From Escherichia coli (GTDB lineage Bacteria; Pseudomonadota; Gammaproteobacteria; Enterobacterales; Enterobacteriaceae), in the NCBI RefSeq assembly GCF_044324785.1, contig NZ_CP172127.1: a stretch of 64,000 nt of DNA. One strand, written 5' to 3'. The notes beneath the pieces are model-generated. The model saw only the letters and a list, made by a program, of their open reading frames with translations. It did not search any database and was not told the origin of the DNA. Within the stretch, counting starts at the first letter, position 1; each line of letters opens with the position of its first letter. Of the stretch, positions 49,379 through 61,700 are shown in pieces. The position numbers were made by a program, and so were the translations under genes.

Positions 49379-50581
49379 ATGACACAATTCGCTTCTCCTG
49401 TTCTGCACTCGTTGCTGGATACAGATGCTTATAAGTTGCATATGCAGCAAGCCGTGTTTCATCACTATTACGATGTGCATGTCGCGGCGGAGTTTCGTTG
49501 CCGAGGTGACGATCTGCTGGGTATTTATGCCGATGCTATTCGTGAACAGGTTCAGGCGATGCAGCACCTGCGCCTGCAGGATGATGAATATCAATGGCTC
49601 TCTGCCCTGCCTTTCTTTAAGGCCGACTATCTTAACTGGCTACGCGAGTTCCGCTTTAACCCGGAACAAGTCACCGTGTCCAACGATAATGGCAAGCTGG
49701 ATATTCGTTTAAGCGGCCCGTGGCGTGAAGTCATCCTCTGGGAAGTTCCTTTGCTGGCGGTTATCAGTGAAATGGTACATCGCTATCGCTCACCGCAGGC
49801 CGACGTTGCGCAAGCCCTCGACACGCTGGAAAGCAAATTAGCCGACTTCTCGGCATTAACCGCCGGTCTTGATATGTCGCGCTTCCATCTGATGGATTTT
49901 GGCACCCGCCGACGTTTTTCTCGTGAAGTACAAGAAACCATCGTGAAACGTCTGCAACAGGAATCCTGGTTCGTGGGCACCAGCAACTACGATCTGGCGC
50001 GTCGGCTTTCCCTCACGCCAATGGGAACACAAGCACACGAATGGTTCCAGGCGCATCAGCAAATCAGTCCGGATCTTGCCAACAGCCAGCGAGCTGCACT
50101 TGCTGCCTGGCTGGAAGAATACCCCGACCAACTTGGCATTGCATTAACCGACTGCATCACTATGGATGCTTTCCTGCGTGATTTCGGTGTCGAGTTCGCC
50201 AGCCGCTATCAGGGCTTGCGTCATGACTCCGGCGACCCAGTTGAATGGGGTGAAAAAGCCATTGCACATTATGAGAAGCTGGGAATTGATCCACAGAGTA
50301 AAACGCTGGTTTTCTCTGACAATCTGGATTTACGCAAAGCGGTTGAGCTATACCGCCATTTCTCTTCCCGTGTGCAATTAAGTTTTGGTATTGGGACTCG
50401 CCTGACCTGCGATATCCCCCAGGTAAAACCCCTGAATATTGTCATTAAGTTGGTTGAGTGTAACGGTAAACCGGTGGCGAAACTTTCTGACAGCCCTGGC
50501 AAAACTATCTGCCACGATAAAGCGTTTGTTCGGGCGCTGCGCAAAGCGTTCGACCTTCCGCATATTAAAAAAGCCAGTTAA
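49379..50581 (+). CDS. pncB: Nicotinate phosphoribosyltransferase
   Basis: Track ORF 49331..50581 trimmed to ATG 49379 ([33 protein letters not shown]...), 400 aa. Confidence 0.94.
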   Translation: MTQFASPVLHSLLDTDAYKLHMQQAVFHHYYDVHVAAEFRCRGDDLLGIYADAIREQVQAMQHLRLQDDEYQWLSALPFFKADYLNWLREFRFNPEQVTVSNDNGKLDIRLSGPWREVILWEVPLLAVISEMVHRYRSPQADVAQALDTLESKLADFSALTAGLDMSRFHLMDFGTRRRFSREVQETIVKRLQQESWFVGTSNYDLARRLSLTPMGTQAHEWFQAHQQISPDLANSQRAALAAWLEEYPDQLGIALTDCITMDAFLRDFGVEFASRYQGLRHDSGDPVEWGEKAIAHYEKLGIDPQSKTLVFSDNLDLRKAVELYRHFSSRVQLSFGIGTRLTCDIPQVKPLNIVIKLVECNGKPVAKLSDSPGKTICHDKAFVRALRKAFDLPHIKKAS

Positions 50582-50588
50582 TATCATC

Positions 50589-50615
50589 AGGGAGCTAATC
50601 GGCTCCCTTTTTTTA
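50589..50615 (+). terminator. Intrinsic terminator after pncB
   Basis: AGGGAGC/GCTCCCT stem with loop TAATCG followed by TTTTTTT. Confidence 0.8.
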
Positions 50616-50749
50616 CCTTTAATTCCGAAATCTTTCGCTGCATTTGCGAATTCTGCTTGTCTGATTGCAGATGCCAGGTAACATAGGTATCCCCCCATTT
50701 ACGGGTGGACAAGTGTTTATTTTTTCCGACTATTAACAGAGAGAATATT

Positions 50750-52150
50750 ATGAGCGTTGTGCCTGTAGCCGACGTACTCCAGGGCCGCGTAGCCGTTGAC
50801 AGCGAAGTCACCGTACGCGGATGGGTACGTACCCGCCGAGATTCAAAAGCTGGCATCTCCTTCCTCGCCGTTTATGACGGTTCCTGCTTTGATCCTGTAC
50901 AGGCTGTCATCAATAATTCTCTGCCCAATTACAATGAAGACGTCCTGCGTCTGACCACCGGTTGCTCGGTCATTGTGACGGGTAAAGTCGTGGCGTCGCC
51001 GGGCCAGGGGCAACAATTTGAAATTCAGGCCAGCAAGGTTGAAGTTGCTGGTTGGGTTGAAGATCCAGACACTTACCCGATGGCGGCAAAACGCCACAGC
51101 ATTGAGTATCTGCGTGAAGTCGCTCACCTGCGTCCGCGCACAAACCTGATTGGTGCCGTCGCGCGCGTTCGCCATACGCTGGCGCAGGCGCTGCATCGCT
51201 TCTTTAACGAGCAGGGATTCTTCTGGGTTTCAACGCCACTGATTACTGCGTCTGATACCGAAGGGGCTGGCGAAATGTTCCGCGTTTCTACGCTGGATCT
51301 GGAAAACCTGCCGCGTAACGATCAGGGCAAAGTGGATTTCGACAAAGACTTCTTTGGTAAAGAGTCTTTCCTGACCGTATCTGGCCAGTTGAACGGCGAA
51401 ACCTACGCTTGCGCATTATCCAAAATTTATACCTTCGGCCCGACTTTCCGTGCTGAAAACTCCAACACCAGCCGTCACCTGGCGGAATTCTGGATGCTGG
51501 AGCCGGAAGTGGCGTTTGCTAACCTGAACGATATCGCGGGTCTGGCTGAAGCCATGCTGAAATATGTCTTCAAAGCGGTTCTCGAAGAACGCGCTGACGA
51601 CATGAAATTCTTCGCTGAACGCGTAGATAAAGATGCCGTTTCACGTCTGGAACGCTTCATTGAAGCCGATTTTGCGCAGGTGGATTACACCGACGCAGTG
51701 ACCATTCTCGAAAACTGCGGCAGGAAGTTTGAAAACCCGGTTTACTGGGGCGTTGATCTCTCTTCTGAGCATGAGCGTTATCTGGCGGAAGAACACTTTA
51801 AAGCACCGGTAGTGGTTAAAAACTATCCGAAAGATATTAAAGCGTTCTATATGCGCCTTAACGAAGACGGTAAAACCGTTGCGGCTATGGACGTTCTGGC
51901 TCCGGGCATCGGTGAGATCATTGGTGGCTCCCAGCGTGAAGAACGTCTGGACGTGCTGGACGAGCGTATGCTGGAAATGGGCCTGAATAAAGAAGATTAC
52001 TGGTGGTATCGCGATCTGCGTCGCTACGGTACTGTTCCGCATTCAGGTTTCGGTCTTGGTTTTGAACGCCTGATTGCTTACGTAACTGGTGTGCAAAACG
52101 TGCGTGATGTGATTCCGTTCCCACGTACTCCGCGTAACGCCAGCTTCTAA
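50750..52150 (+). CDS. asnS: Asparaginyl-tRNA synthetase
   Basis: Track ORF 50705..52150 trimmed to ATG 50750 ([38 protein letters not shown]...), 466 aa, class II aaRS. Confidence 0.96.
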
Positions 52151-52164
52151 TTTAGCGTCTTCAA

Positions 52165-52191
52165 GAGCCAGCACCCGCTGGCTCTTTTTTT
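52165..52191 (+). terminator. Intrinsic terminator after asnS
   Basis: GAGCCAGC/GCTGGCTC perfect 8-bp stem, loop ACCC, then TTTTTTT. Confidence 0.85.
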
Positions 52192-52542
52192 ATCCTTTCT
52201 GTCAAGTTATCTGTTTGTTAAGTCAAGCAATCTATTTGCAACCCCGCCATAACGATCATCCTGTTACGGAATATTACACTGCAATATTTTCGCACAAAAA
52301 ATAATCCGCATTCTTATTGCGGATTAGTTTTTTCTTAGCTGATAGCACAATTTTCATACTATCTTTTGGCGTTCTGGATGTCTGAACGAGGATTTAGTGC
52401 CAGGTCGATAAAGTTTCCATCAGAAACAAAATTTCCGTTTAGTTAATTTAAATATAAGGAAATCATATAAATAGATAAATATTGCTGTAAATATCATCAC
52501 GCTTCTATGGAAATATGACGGTGTTCACAAAGTTCCTTAAAT

Positions 52543-52636
52543 TTTACTTTTGGTTACATATTTTTTCTTTTTGAAACCAAATCTTTATCTTTGTAGCACT
52601 TTCACGGTAGCGAAACGTTAGTTTGAATGGAAAGAT
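52543..52636 (+). promoter_or_regulatory. ompF promoter with tandem OmpR-binding sites F1-F3
   Basis: TTTACTTTTGGTTACATATTT / TTTTCTTTTTGAAACCAAATC / TTTATCTTTGTAGCACTTTC tandem 20-bp sites followed by AAAGAT -10 candidate; about 110-nt leader to the ATG. Confidence 0.75.
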
Positions 52637-52752
52637 GCCTGCAGACACATAAAGACACCAAACTCTCATCAATAGTTCCGTAAATTTTTATTGACAGAAC
52701 TTATTGACGGCAGTGGCAGGTGTCATAAAAAAAACCATGAGGGTAATAAATA

Positions 52753-53826
52753 ATGATGAAGCGCAATATTCTGGCAGTGATCGTCCCTGCTCTGTTAGTA
52801 GCAGGTACTGCAAACGCTGCAGAAATCTATAACAAAGATGGCAATAAAGTAGATCTGTACGGTAAAGCTGTCGGTCTGCATTATTTTTCTAAAGACAATG
52901 GTGTAAACAGTTACGGCGGAAACGGCGACAAAACTTATGCCCGTCTTGGTTTTAAAGGGGAAACACAAATCAATTCCGATCTGACCGGCTACGGTCAGTG
53001 GGAATATAACTTCCAGGGTAACAACTCTGAAGGCGCTGATGCCCAGAAAGGTAACAAAACTCGTCTGGCATTCGCAGGTCTGAAATTCGCTGATGCGGGT
53101 TCTATCGACTACGGTCGTAACTACGGTGTGGTTTACGACGCACTGGGTTACACCGATATGCTGCCTGAGTTTGGCGGTGACACGGCATACAGCGATGACT
53201 TCTTCGTTGGTCGTGTAGGCGGCGTTGCTACCTATCGTAACTCCAACTTCTTCGGTCTGGTTGACGGCCTGAACTTTGCCGTTCAGTACCTGGGCAAAAA
53301 CGAACGTGCTGGTATTCCTGAGCGTTCCAACGGCGACGGCGTCGGTGGCTCTATCAGCTACGAATTCGAAGGCTTTGGTATCGTAGGTGCTTACGGTGCA
53401 GCAGACCGTACCGACGCCCAGGAAGCCGAATTCCGCGGTCAGGGTAAAAAAGCTGAACAGTGGGCAACTGGTCTGAAGTATGACGCGAACAACATCTACC
53501 TGGCAGCGAACTACGGTGAAACCCGTAACGCTACGCCAATTGAAGGCGGCTTCGCCAACAAAACGCAAGACGTTCTGTTAGTTGCGCAATACCAGTTCGA
53601 TTTCGGTCTGCGTCCGTCCATCGCTTACACCAAATCTAAAGCGAAAGACGTAGAAGGTATCGGTGATGTTGATCTGGTGAACTACTTTGAAGTGGGCGCA
53701 ACCTACTACTTCAACAAAAACATGTCCACCTATGTTGACTACATCATCAACCAGATCGATTCTGACAACAAACTGGGCGTAGGTTCTGACGACACCGTTG
53801 CTGTGGGTATCGTTTACCAGTTCTAA
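52753..53826 (+). CDS. ompF: Outer membrane porin F (variant allele, 357 aa)
   Basis: Track [41 protein letters not shown]...VGIVYQF; general-porin fold with terminal aromatic residue; loops differ from the K-12 allele. Confidence 0.95.
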   Translation: MMKRNILAVIVPALLVAGTANAAEIYNKDGNKVDLYGKAVGLHYFSKDNGVNSYGGNGDKTYARLGFKGETQINSDLTGYGQWEYNFQGNNSEGADAQKGNKTRLAFAGLKFADAGSIDYGRNYGVVYDALGYTDMLPEFGGDTAYSDDFFVGRVGGVATYRNSNFFGLVDGLNFAVQYLGKNERAGIPERSNGDGVGGSISYEFEGFGIVGAYGAADRTDAQEAEFRGQGKKAEQWATGLKYDANNIYLAANYGETRNATPIEGGFANKTQDVLLVAQYQFDFGLRPSIAYTKSKAKDVEGIGDVDLVNYFEVGATYYFNKNMSTYVDYIINQIDSDNKLGVGSDDTVAVGIVYQF

Positions 53827-53851
53827 TAGCACACCTCTTTGTTAAATGCCG

Positions 53852-53881
53852 AAAAAACAGGACTTTGGTCCTGTTTTTTTT
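53852..53881 (+). terminator. Intrinsic terminator after ompF
   Basis: AAAAAACAGGACTTTGGTCCTGTTTTTTTT: 6-bp stem flanked by A-run and T-run. Confidence 0.85.
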
Positions 53882-54010
53882 ATGCCTTCCAGAGCAATCT
53901 CACGTCTTGCAAAAACAGCCTGCGTTTTCATCAGTAATAGTTGGAATTTTGTAAATCTCCCGTTACCCTGATAGCGGACTTCCCTTCTGTAACCATAATG
54001 GAACCTCGTC

Positions 54011-55201
54011 ATGTTTGAGAACATTACCGCCGCTCCTGCCGACCCGATTCTGGGCCTGGCCGATCTGTTTCGTGCCGATGAACGTCCCGGCAAAATTAAC
54101 CTCGGGATTGGTGTCTATAAAGATGAGACGGGCAAAACCCCGGTACTGACCAGCGTGAAAAAGGCTGAACAGTATTTGCTCGAAAATGAAACCACCAAAA
54201 ATTACCTCGGCATTGACGGCATCCCTGAATTTGGTCGCTGCACTCAGGAACTGCTGTTTGGTAAAGGTAGCGCCCTGATCAATGACAAACGTGCTCGCAC
54301 GGCACAGACTCCGGGTGGCACTGGCGCACTACGCGTGGCTGCCGATTTCCTGGCAAAAAATACCAGCGTTAAGCGTGTGTGGGTGAGCAACCCAAGCTGG
54401 CCGAACCATAAGAGCGTCTTTAACTCTGCAGGTCTGGAAGTTCGTGAATACGCTTATTATGATGCGGAAAATCACACCCTTGACTTCGATGCACTGATTA
54501 ACAGCCTGAACGAAGCTCAGGCTGGCGACGTAGTGCTGTTCCATGGCTGCTGCCATAACCCAACCGGTATCGACCCTACGCTGGAACAATGGCAGACACT
54601 GGCACAACTTTCCGTTGAGAAAGGCTGGTTACCGCTGTTTGACTTCGCTTACCAGGGTTTTGCCCGTGGTCTGGAAGAAGATGCTGAAGGACTGCGCGCT
54701 TTCGCGGCTATGCATAAAGAGCTGATTGTTGCCAGTTCCTACTCTAAAAACTTTGGCCTGTACAACGAGCGTGTTGGCGCTTGTACTCTGGTTGCTGCCG
54801 ACAGTGAAACCGTTGATCGCGCATTCAGCCAAATGAAAGCGGCGATTCGCGCTAACTACTCTAACCCACCAGCACACGGCGCTTCTGTTGTTGCCACCAT
54901 CCTGAGCAACGATGCATTACGTGCGATTTGGGAACAAGAGCTGACTGATATGCGCCAGCGTATTCAGCGTATGCGTCAGTTGTTCGTCAATACGCTGCAG
55001 GAAAAAGGCGCAAACCGCGACTTCAGCTTTATCATCAAACAGAACGGCATGTTCTCCTTCAGTGGCCTGACAAAAGAACAAGTGCTGCGTCTGCGCGAAG
55101 AGTTTGGCGTGTATGCTGTTGCTTCTGGTCGCGTAAACGTGGCCGGGATGACACCAGATAATATGGCTCCGCTGTGCGAAGCGATTGTGGCAGTGCTGTA
55201 A
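54011..55201 (+). CDS. aspC: Aspartate aminotransferase
   Basis: Track ORF 396 aa [46 protein letters not shown]...; PLP-lysine region [14 protein letters not shown]. Confidence 0.97.
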   Translation: MFENITAAPADPILGLADLFRADERPGKINLGIGVYKDETGKTPVLTSVKKAEQYLLENETTKNYLGIDGIPEFGRCTQELLFGKGSALINDKRARTAQTPGGTGALRVAADFLAKNTSVKRVWVSNPSWPNHKSVFNSAGLEVREYAYYDAENHTLDFDALINSLNEAQAGDVVLFHGCCHNPTGIDPTLEQWQTLAQLSVEKGWLPLFDFAYQGFARGLEEDAEGLRAFAAMHKELIVASSYSKNFGLYNERVGACTLVAADSETVDRAFSQMKAAIRANYSNPPAHGASVVATILSNDALRAIWEQELTDMRQRIQRMRQLFVNTLQEKGANRDFSFIIKQNGMFSFSGLTKEQVLRLREEFGVYAVASGRVNVAGMTPDNMAPLCEAIVAVL

Positions 55202-55216
55202 GCGTTAAAAACAATG

Positions 55217-55245
55217 AAGCCCGCTTGAAAAGCGGGCTTTTTTAT
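55217..55245 (+). terminator. Intrinsic terminator after aspC
   Basis: AAGCCCGCTT-GAAA-AGCGGGCTT hairpin followed by TTTTTAT; sits 7 bp from the ycbL stop on the other strand. Confidence 0.85.
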
Positions 55246-55251
55246 GCGCTT

Positions 55252-55899
55252 TTACCAGACGGGCATTTCGTCTTGCAGGAAGGGATTATGCAGGCGCTCA
55301 TAACCAAGTGTGGATAATGGTCCGTGACCCGGAATAAATGTCACGTCATCCCCCAGTGGCAGCAACTTATCTTTGATTGAAGAAATCAGTTGATTATGAT
55401 CGCCACGCGGGAAGTCACTGCGCCCTACTCCGCCTTTGAAAATAACGTCGCCAGAAATCAGCAGCTTTGCCCGATCATCAAAAAACACGACATGACCCGG
55501 CGTATGCCCAGGGCAATGTAACACCTGTAAAGCCACATTCCCTATGCTGATGGTATCGCCTTCGTTCAGCCAACGATCCGGCGTCAGCGGCTGGCACTCT
55601 TCCAGACCAAACATACGACTTTGCGCAGGCAAGCCTTGCAGCCAGAACTCATCTTCTTTTTCCGGGCCAAAAACCGGCACGCCGTAATGTTGCGCCAGTT
55701 CCGCCGCTGCACCAACGTGGTCCAGATGACCATGCGTCAGCAGGATCTGCATCAGTGTCAGGCCGCTGGCGTCAACTTCCTGTTTGATTTTTTCCGCATC
55801 GCCGCCAGGATCGACCAGTGCGGCCAGGCGGGTTTGTTCACACCAGATCAATGAACAGTTCTGGGAGAATGCGGTGACCGGAATAATACGATAGTTCAT
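55252..55899 (-). CDS. ycbL: Metallo-beta-lactamase fold hydrolase (glyoxalase II-like)
   Basis: Track ORF 215 aa [38 protein letters not shown]... with THGHLDH metal-binding motif. Confidence 0.9.
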   Translation of the reverse strand: MNYRIIPVTAFSQNCSLIWCEQTRLAALVDPGGDAEKIKQEVDASGLTLMQILLTHGHLDHVGAAAELAQHYGVPVFGPEKEDEFWLQGLPAQSRMFGLEECQPLTPDRWLNEGDTISIGNVALQVLHCPGHTPGHVVFFDDRAKLLISGDVIFKGGVGRSDFPRGDHNQLISSIKDKLLPLGDDVTFIPGHGPLSTLGYERLHNPFLQDEMPVW

Positions 55900-55925
55900 A
55901 CTGCCCCTGTTTCGTTAAGCAATTG

Positions 55926-56474
55926 CTACCAGTGCCGTGCTGGCCCGGTATCAATATGCACAAAGTTACTACGTGGGTAATATCCTACACCACCTGCGCG
56001 CATAGATAACGCGGCTTTGCGAATATTGCTTAACGCGATACCTTCAATATGGAAATCCATCGCCTGCCCTTTCGTGTGATAGCTTTTCTTCGCTACTCCA
56101 CGGCTGCGGGCGCGTAGTTCATTGTTGGTATCAATGGAACGATAACCGGAAATGAGTTGCACCGGTTTGCGGGTGCCTAATAACCCTTGCAGGCGATACA
56201 ACTGATCGAACAATCCTGGGTCGATGGACTTTATTTTGTTCGCGCGGTAATCGCGGAAAAAATGGTTAAGTTTTGCCAATTCTTCCTGAATATAGCCTCT
56301 GCCATCGAAAAACTCCGCTTTGATTGACTCTCCGGTATGAAGATTATTGAGTGTCAAAATGCGCGGGCGTGGGGTAGAGAGTGTTGCAAACGCAGGGGTC
56401 GGCAGGATGGCGGCACCGAGTGCAACGCCACCAAGCGCCAGCAATTTGCGGCGATTAGCGTCGAATTTGTCCAT
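55926..56474 (-). CDS. mepK: Peptidoglycan L,D-endopeptidase (peptidase M15 family), Tat-exported
   Basis: Track ORF 55926..56483 trimmed to ATG 56474 (MDKFDANRRKLLALGGVALGAAILPTPAFA...), 182 aa; twin-arginine-like RRKLL signal. Confidence 0.85.
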   Translation of the reverse strand: MDKFDANRRKLLALGGVALGAAILPTPAFATLSTPRPRILTLNNLHTGESIKAEFFDGRGYIQEELAKLNHFFRDYRANKIKSIDPGLFDQLYRLQGLLGTRKPVQLISGYRSIDTNNELRARSRGVAKKSYHTKGQAMDFHIEGIALSNIRKAALSMRAGGVGYYPRSNFVHIDTGPARHW

Positions 56475-56654
56475 GATAATCAAGTCTACAGGTCAATGTT
56501 ATCGTTTATATGCACTTCTGGCGCACAAGAGGCACCTTAACCGCCCGTAAAGCAGACGTCAAGATGACTCAACCCCAGCAGTGACGGGGGCTGCAGAGAA
56601 TCGCCCCCGATCATGCTAATTATTACGACAACTGATTTCCCCGAACTGCTTCAT

Positions 56655-58502
56655 TTACCTGATTAATTGTTCCGCTTTCGATACGATTTGCGAGCTGGAT
56701 CGCGCAGGCAGATCATAATTGTAAATATCTGTACGATACTGGGTACGACCATCTGCACCAACAAATGCCGTCAGGTAGTAGAGATTTACCGGAATCGACT
56801 GCCGAATATTGACGTAACGCGTATCGCCCTGCTTCAGCGCATCAGAAATACGTTTGTCATTCCAGCCTGCATCCTGCAACAGCATATTCGCCAGATCGGA
56901 AGCTTTATTCACTCGTACACAGCCTGAGCTCAATGCGCGTGTATCACGCTTGAACAGATTGTGGTTCGGCGTGTCATGCAAATAAATGGCCTCTGAACTC
57001 GGCATATTGAATTTATAGCGCCCCAGCGAGTTCCGTGGGCCTGGAGCCTGCTGGAAGCGGAACGGTAAATTCGAGGCCGTGATTGTAGACCAGTCAACCT
57101 GCCATGGGTCAATCGCTTCTCTGCTGTTCCAGCCGCGCATCACCGTATAGCCATGGCTTTCGAGATATCCCGGATCGTTGCGCACTTTCGGCAGAATATC
57201 TTTGCGTGCCAGAGTTGGGGGTACGTTCCACGGCGGGTTTACCACTACGTTGTTAAGTGCACTGCTCATCATCGGCGTTTTGCGATCGGGGCGACCAACA
57301 ATGACTCGCGAATCCAGCACCTGATTGCCGTTCTGATAGTAGACCAGCGAATAGGCCGGAATGTTAACCATGATCCCGGTAGAAAGCTCTGTTGGCAGCA
57401 AGCGCAATCGCTGGATGTTGAGTGCCAACACGCCAGCACGCTGGGCGGGCGTTACGTTTAACCAGTCACGCGTTGCCGGGCCAATAGCGCCATCTGCTCC
57501 CAATCCTTGCCATGCCTGAAAACGTTTAACGGCTTCCACCAGTTCATTATCGTAGGCGGCACGAACGGCAGGCGCAGGTTTACTACGAGACGTCGTTTGC
57601 TTGTCCATCGGCTTAGTTTCTGCTGTTTCAACAGTAACAGCGGATGGGCTGACTACTGCGTCAGTTGGCGTGTCATCGCCAGGGAGAGTAATTTTTGGCC
57701 CCCCGTCCAACATGCCTGTGCGTTGCAATATTTCGCGCAACGCCGGTACGTCGTTACTCCACTGCCCTGGGCGCAACGTTGCTTTACCGGTCAGTTGAGG
57801 CCACGGTTTGGTGTCACTGAGTAAGGCCAGTAACGATTCATGCATCGCCGCATATTGCGGATGCTGCGGTGCCAGTCCTGCAACAAACGTCGGCAATTGA
57901 CCTTTATCCAGCGTCAGCTGCCATTGGTTAATCACCGAAAGCGGCGGCGTTGCAAGCGCATAAGGTTTACTGCTATATAGCCAGCGAGTGCCTTTGACCG
58001 GAATATTTGCAATGAAATGGAGATAGCCCATCATCGCATCAGAGAGCACGACGTCGCGTGCCATCCCGTTAACACCAGGATCGGTCAGTAACTCTACCCA
58101 TTTATTAAACTGCGGCTGGAAACCGGCAATCGCCACCTCTGCCAGCTGTTGCTGGAAGGCTTTAACAGCATCACGGTTTTCCCACATGGGTTGCATATCG
58201 CGTGCGGCATACAACAGTTGAAGCTGGTTAAGATAAACCGGCTTGTAACCTGCGGGTAATTGAGATTCGATTTGCGTGCGGGCTTTTTCTGCCGCACCTT
58301 CAGGCAATGGCTGGATCCCCGCCATTATTGCCGTGGCTTGCGCCTGCGGCAGTGCCTCGCCCTGTTCACTGACAGCCACCGGGCTGTCGCCAGGGATTAC
58401 TTCAGGCTCATCGGCCTGCGCATTGAACAGTGGAGCGAATGTTACGGCCAGGCACAAACTGATTGCCGACAGCCGACGACCACACATCATATTAAGCAAC
58501 AT
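56655..58502 (-). CDS. ldtD: L,D-transpeptidase (3-3 peptidoglycan cross-linking)
   Basis: Track ORF 615 aa [30 protein letters not shown]...; C-terminal YkuD-type domain with catalytic ...LSSGCVRV... Confidence 0.9.
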   Translation of the reverse strand: MLLNMMCGRRLSAISLCLAVTFAPLFNAQADEPEVIPGDSPVAVSEQGEALPQAQATAIMAGIQPLPEGAAEKARTQIESQLPAGYKPVYLNQLQLLYAARDMQPMWENRDAVKAFQQQLAEVAIAGFQPQFNKWVELLTDPGVNGMARDVVLSDAMMGYLHFIANIPVKGTRWLYSSKPYALATPPLSVINQWQLTLDKGQLPTFVAGLAPQHPQYAAMHESLLALLSDTKPWPQLTGKATLRPGQWSNDVPALREILQRTGMLDGGPKITLPGDDTPTDAVVSPSAVTVETAETKPMDKQTTSRSKPAPAVRAAYDNELVEAVKRFQAWQGLGADGAIGPATRDWLNVTPAQRAGVLALNIQRLRLLPTELSTGIMVNIPAYSLVYYQNGNQVLDSRVIVGRPDRKTPMMSSALNNVVVNPPWNVPPTLARKDILPKVRNDPGYLESHGYTVMRGWNSREAIDPWQVDWSTITASNLPFRFQQAPGPRNSLGRYKFNMPSSEAIYLHDTPNHNLFKRDTRALSSGCVRVNKASDLANMLLQDAGWNDKRISDALKQGDTRYVNIRQSIPVNLYYLTAFVGADGRTQYRTDIYNYDLPARSSSQIVSKAEQLIR

Positions 58503-58762
58503 CCCTTGCCCCCTGTTTTTATCATACTCTGAATAGCCAGGCTGTTATTTTACGACTTGCCTGTACAACGCCAATACTCACGAAAGTATGACGAGCAAGC
58601 CTGTTACTCATCAGGCTTATCTTCAGTATATAAACGCCGATACGTTTTTACATAACCTAATGTAAAGAAGTTTAAAGAAAAGCGCGCCGTAATGTGCCAC
58701 TTTTTTAGTGCAGAAACGGAGTTTTCGGAAAAAGAAAAGGCGGCATTGCTGCCGCCTTCATT

Positions 58763-61700
58763 TTAACTCGCCTGGGAAGGCGCTTCGTCACTTCCTGGAA
58801 GCGTTTCAGGGAGTTGCGGCGCAAATCCTCGCAGGCCGACGACGTGAACGTGTTCGGTATTCTGGAAGACTTTACGTACCAGTTTATAGGTGGTGCCTTT
58901 TTCCGGACTGATATTTTCCGGCGCTGCGATGATGAGCTGCATTTGCAAACGTTCACACAATTCAAACAGCGTGGCGATAGAACGAGCATCCAGTCGCGCT
59001 GCTTCATCGAGGAACAGCAGGCGGCAAGGAGAGATATCTTTACCGCGCAGGCGGCGAGATTCATCTTCCCAGCTTTGTACCACCATCACCAGAATCGACA
59101 TACCGGTACCAATCGCCTCACCGGTCGACAATGCACCAGACTCTGCACGCAACCAGCCATCAGAACCACGGTTAACCTCAACTTCCATTTCCAGATAGTT
59201 GCGGTAATCCAGCAGTTCTTCGCCAATGGTCTGCGGCGTGCGCTGCCCCATATCAATCTGCGGATTAAGACGCTGATACAATTTCGCCAGTGCTTCTGAG
59301 AAGGTCAGACGGTTGCTGTTAAACAGATCCTGATGCTGCTCGTGCTGTTCAGAGAGCACATCCAGCAGCATGGCGTGCGTTTCACGCACGTTCACGTTCA
59401 GACGTACGCTGTTCACCTGACCAAACGATACGTTCTGCAACCCCTGGTTGAGCATACGGATACGGTTCTGTTCGCGCTGAATGGTTTTGCGAATAATGTT
59501 CGCCACGCTGCGGGAACTGATCGCCAGTTTCTGTTCACGGGAGGTTAACTCTTCGGTCAAACGGCTAAGTTCGATCTCCATCTGTTCGATAGCTTCCACC
59601 GGATCATCGGTACGAATAATATCCTGACGAATACGTTCACGCAGATGCTGATAAACCGCCACGAAGAACTGAATTTTACGTTCCGGACGTTTTGGATCTT
59701 CCGACATCCGCAGCACGTCGCGCAGATGTTCGTTATCCGCCACCGCCAGACGCAGCGCACCTAACGCCTTATCCGACATGGAACGCAAATCATCAGCGGA
59801 GAGATAAGCCAGCTCACGACGGTGTAAGCGACGCTCAACGCCGTTATCTTTCACCATGCGCATGACTGCACACCAGCCCGCTTTCGCGGTCACTACCTGC
59901 TCGCGCATCTCAAAGTAATCACGCTCCAGCTTGCGTAGTTTGCGGGTCAGATTGTCCATCTCCGCTTCGCAGAAGGTAAGCGCTTTTTCCAGTTGATTGC
60001 GGCGGGACCGGTTATTGCTCAGCTGCGCATGCAACTCGTCACGGCGAATACGCGCCCGCTCTTCTGCCCCGCTATCAGCACGCACGCCGATATCCTGCAA
60101 TTCACGTTGCAGATCGTTGAGTAGCTCTTTTTTGGTGTCGTAAGAACTTTTCAGCGAAGCCAGCACCTGGTTGTACTGACTCAACTGCGCTGCGTGACCG
60201 CGCAACGCTTCGCGAGCGCGGGTACGCTCCGCTTCCGCCTGTTCCAGACGTTCACGCAGTTTTTCGTTGAGATCGCTGTTACCGCTAAGCATTTCTGCCG
60301 AGTCAGAATAGCTAAAGTGCGCACGACGCTGCACCACTTCCGTCAGGGCAAACGCCTGCTGACGGGCATCGCGCTGCATCTGCTGAGAGTACGCGTAATC
60401 TTCTTTTAACTGTTCGAACTGTTCCGGGTCGCTCTGCAATACCGAAACGATCGGTTCCAGTTTCGCCAGTTGATTACCGAACTGCTGAACAAAACGCGCG
60501 GCTTCCTGGGCTTCATCCAGACGTTCGCGGATTTCCTCGACGCGATCCGCCAGGCTGTCATCAGCCAACAGGTTGAGACGCGGCAGAATGCGGTTCAGCG
60601 CCGTAACGCCTTCTTTCGCCTGCTCAAACTGAATGCGCTGCTGCTGGTTATCATTTTCATGATTACTCAACGCCCGCTCCAGTTCGACGCGACGGCTGTT
60701 CAGTTGACGGATTTCTGCTTCCGGGTCAGACTCAAACGCCACCGCCAGATGACTACCGATAAAGCGGCTGAACGCCTGATGCAGACGCTGGGTTTTCTGT
60801 ACATCAAAGGAGAGCGTGGCGAAGCGTTCGGAAAGCACTTCACGCTCAGCATGGAGACTTTCAATACGGCTTTCACGCGCAGCACGACCAAACAGCGGCA
60901 CTTCCGGGAAACGTGAATAACGCCACTGACGATCGGCGATTTTCACCACCACCGCTTTTTCCAGCTCATCAACGCTGAACACGCTGTCATCGAATGACTG
61001 CGGATCCCCTTCGATCAAATAGAGATCTTCCGGGCAATCGCTCAAGCCTTCCAGGTGTTCGGTTACCTGTGACAGATCTGGCACCACGATGGCGTGGCGT
61101 GACGGGCCATACAGCGCCGAGAAGTACGGCGCATCCTCCAGGCTAACGTCGTCATAAATTTCTGACAGCAGCACACCACCAAAACGCTCCGCCAGTGCGT
61201 TCAGACGCTGATCTTCAGAGCCGCCAGGCTGGCTTAAACGTTCGATCTCTTCATCGACAGCGTTTTTGCGCGCGCCCACTTCATCGCGTTCAACAATGGC
61301 TTCGCGCTCACGCTCCAGCAGCTGTTGCAGATATTCGGTGACGTCCTGGCTGGAGGAGAACTCTTCGCCGCACTGTTCACTCAACTGGTTGAGACTGTTT
61401 TGCGCTGCCAGCCAAACCGGTGCACGCTGCATCAAACTCTGAATGCGAGACTGCAGCTGTTCCTGCTCCTGGCGCAGTGCCATACGCTCTTCGCGGGCGT
61501 TAGACACGCTATCGGAAAGAGAGGCAATACGCGCTTCCAGCTCCTGATGCAGGGCTTCCAGTTCGTCGATATCAAAATTCTTGCCCTGACGTTTGCAGAA
61601 ATCTGCCAGCAGGCGTTCGGCTTCTTGCTGTTCGCGCAGACGCTGTTCCAGTTCGCTTAAGCGCATCCGCAACGGCTGAACCTGCTCTGCCAGGTGACGC

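Noticed and set aside
56475-56654. Hairpin CGGGGGCTGCAGAGAATCGCCCCCG in the mepK-ldtD spacer as a possible terminator or small RNA
   Set aside because: No U-tract follows it on the minus strand, where it would need to terminate ldtD, and I cannot support a promoter plus terminator pair for an sRNA from sequence alone; more likely an mRNA structural element.
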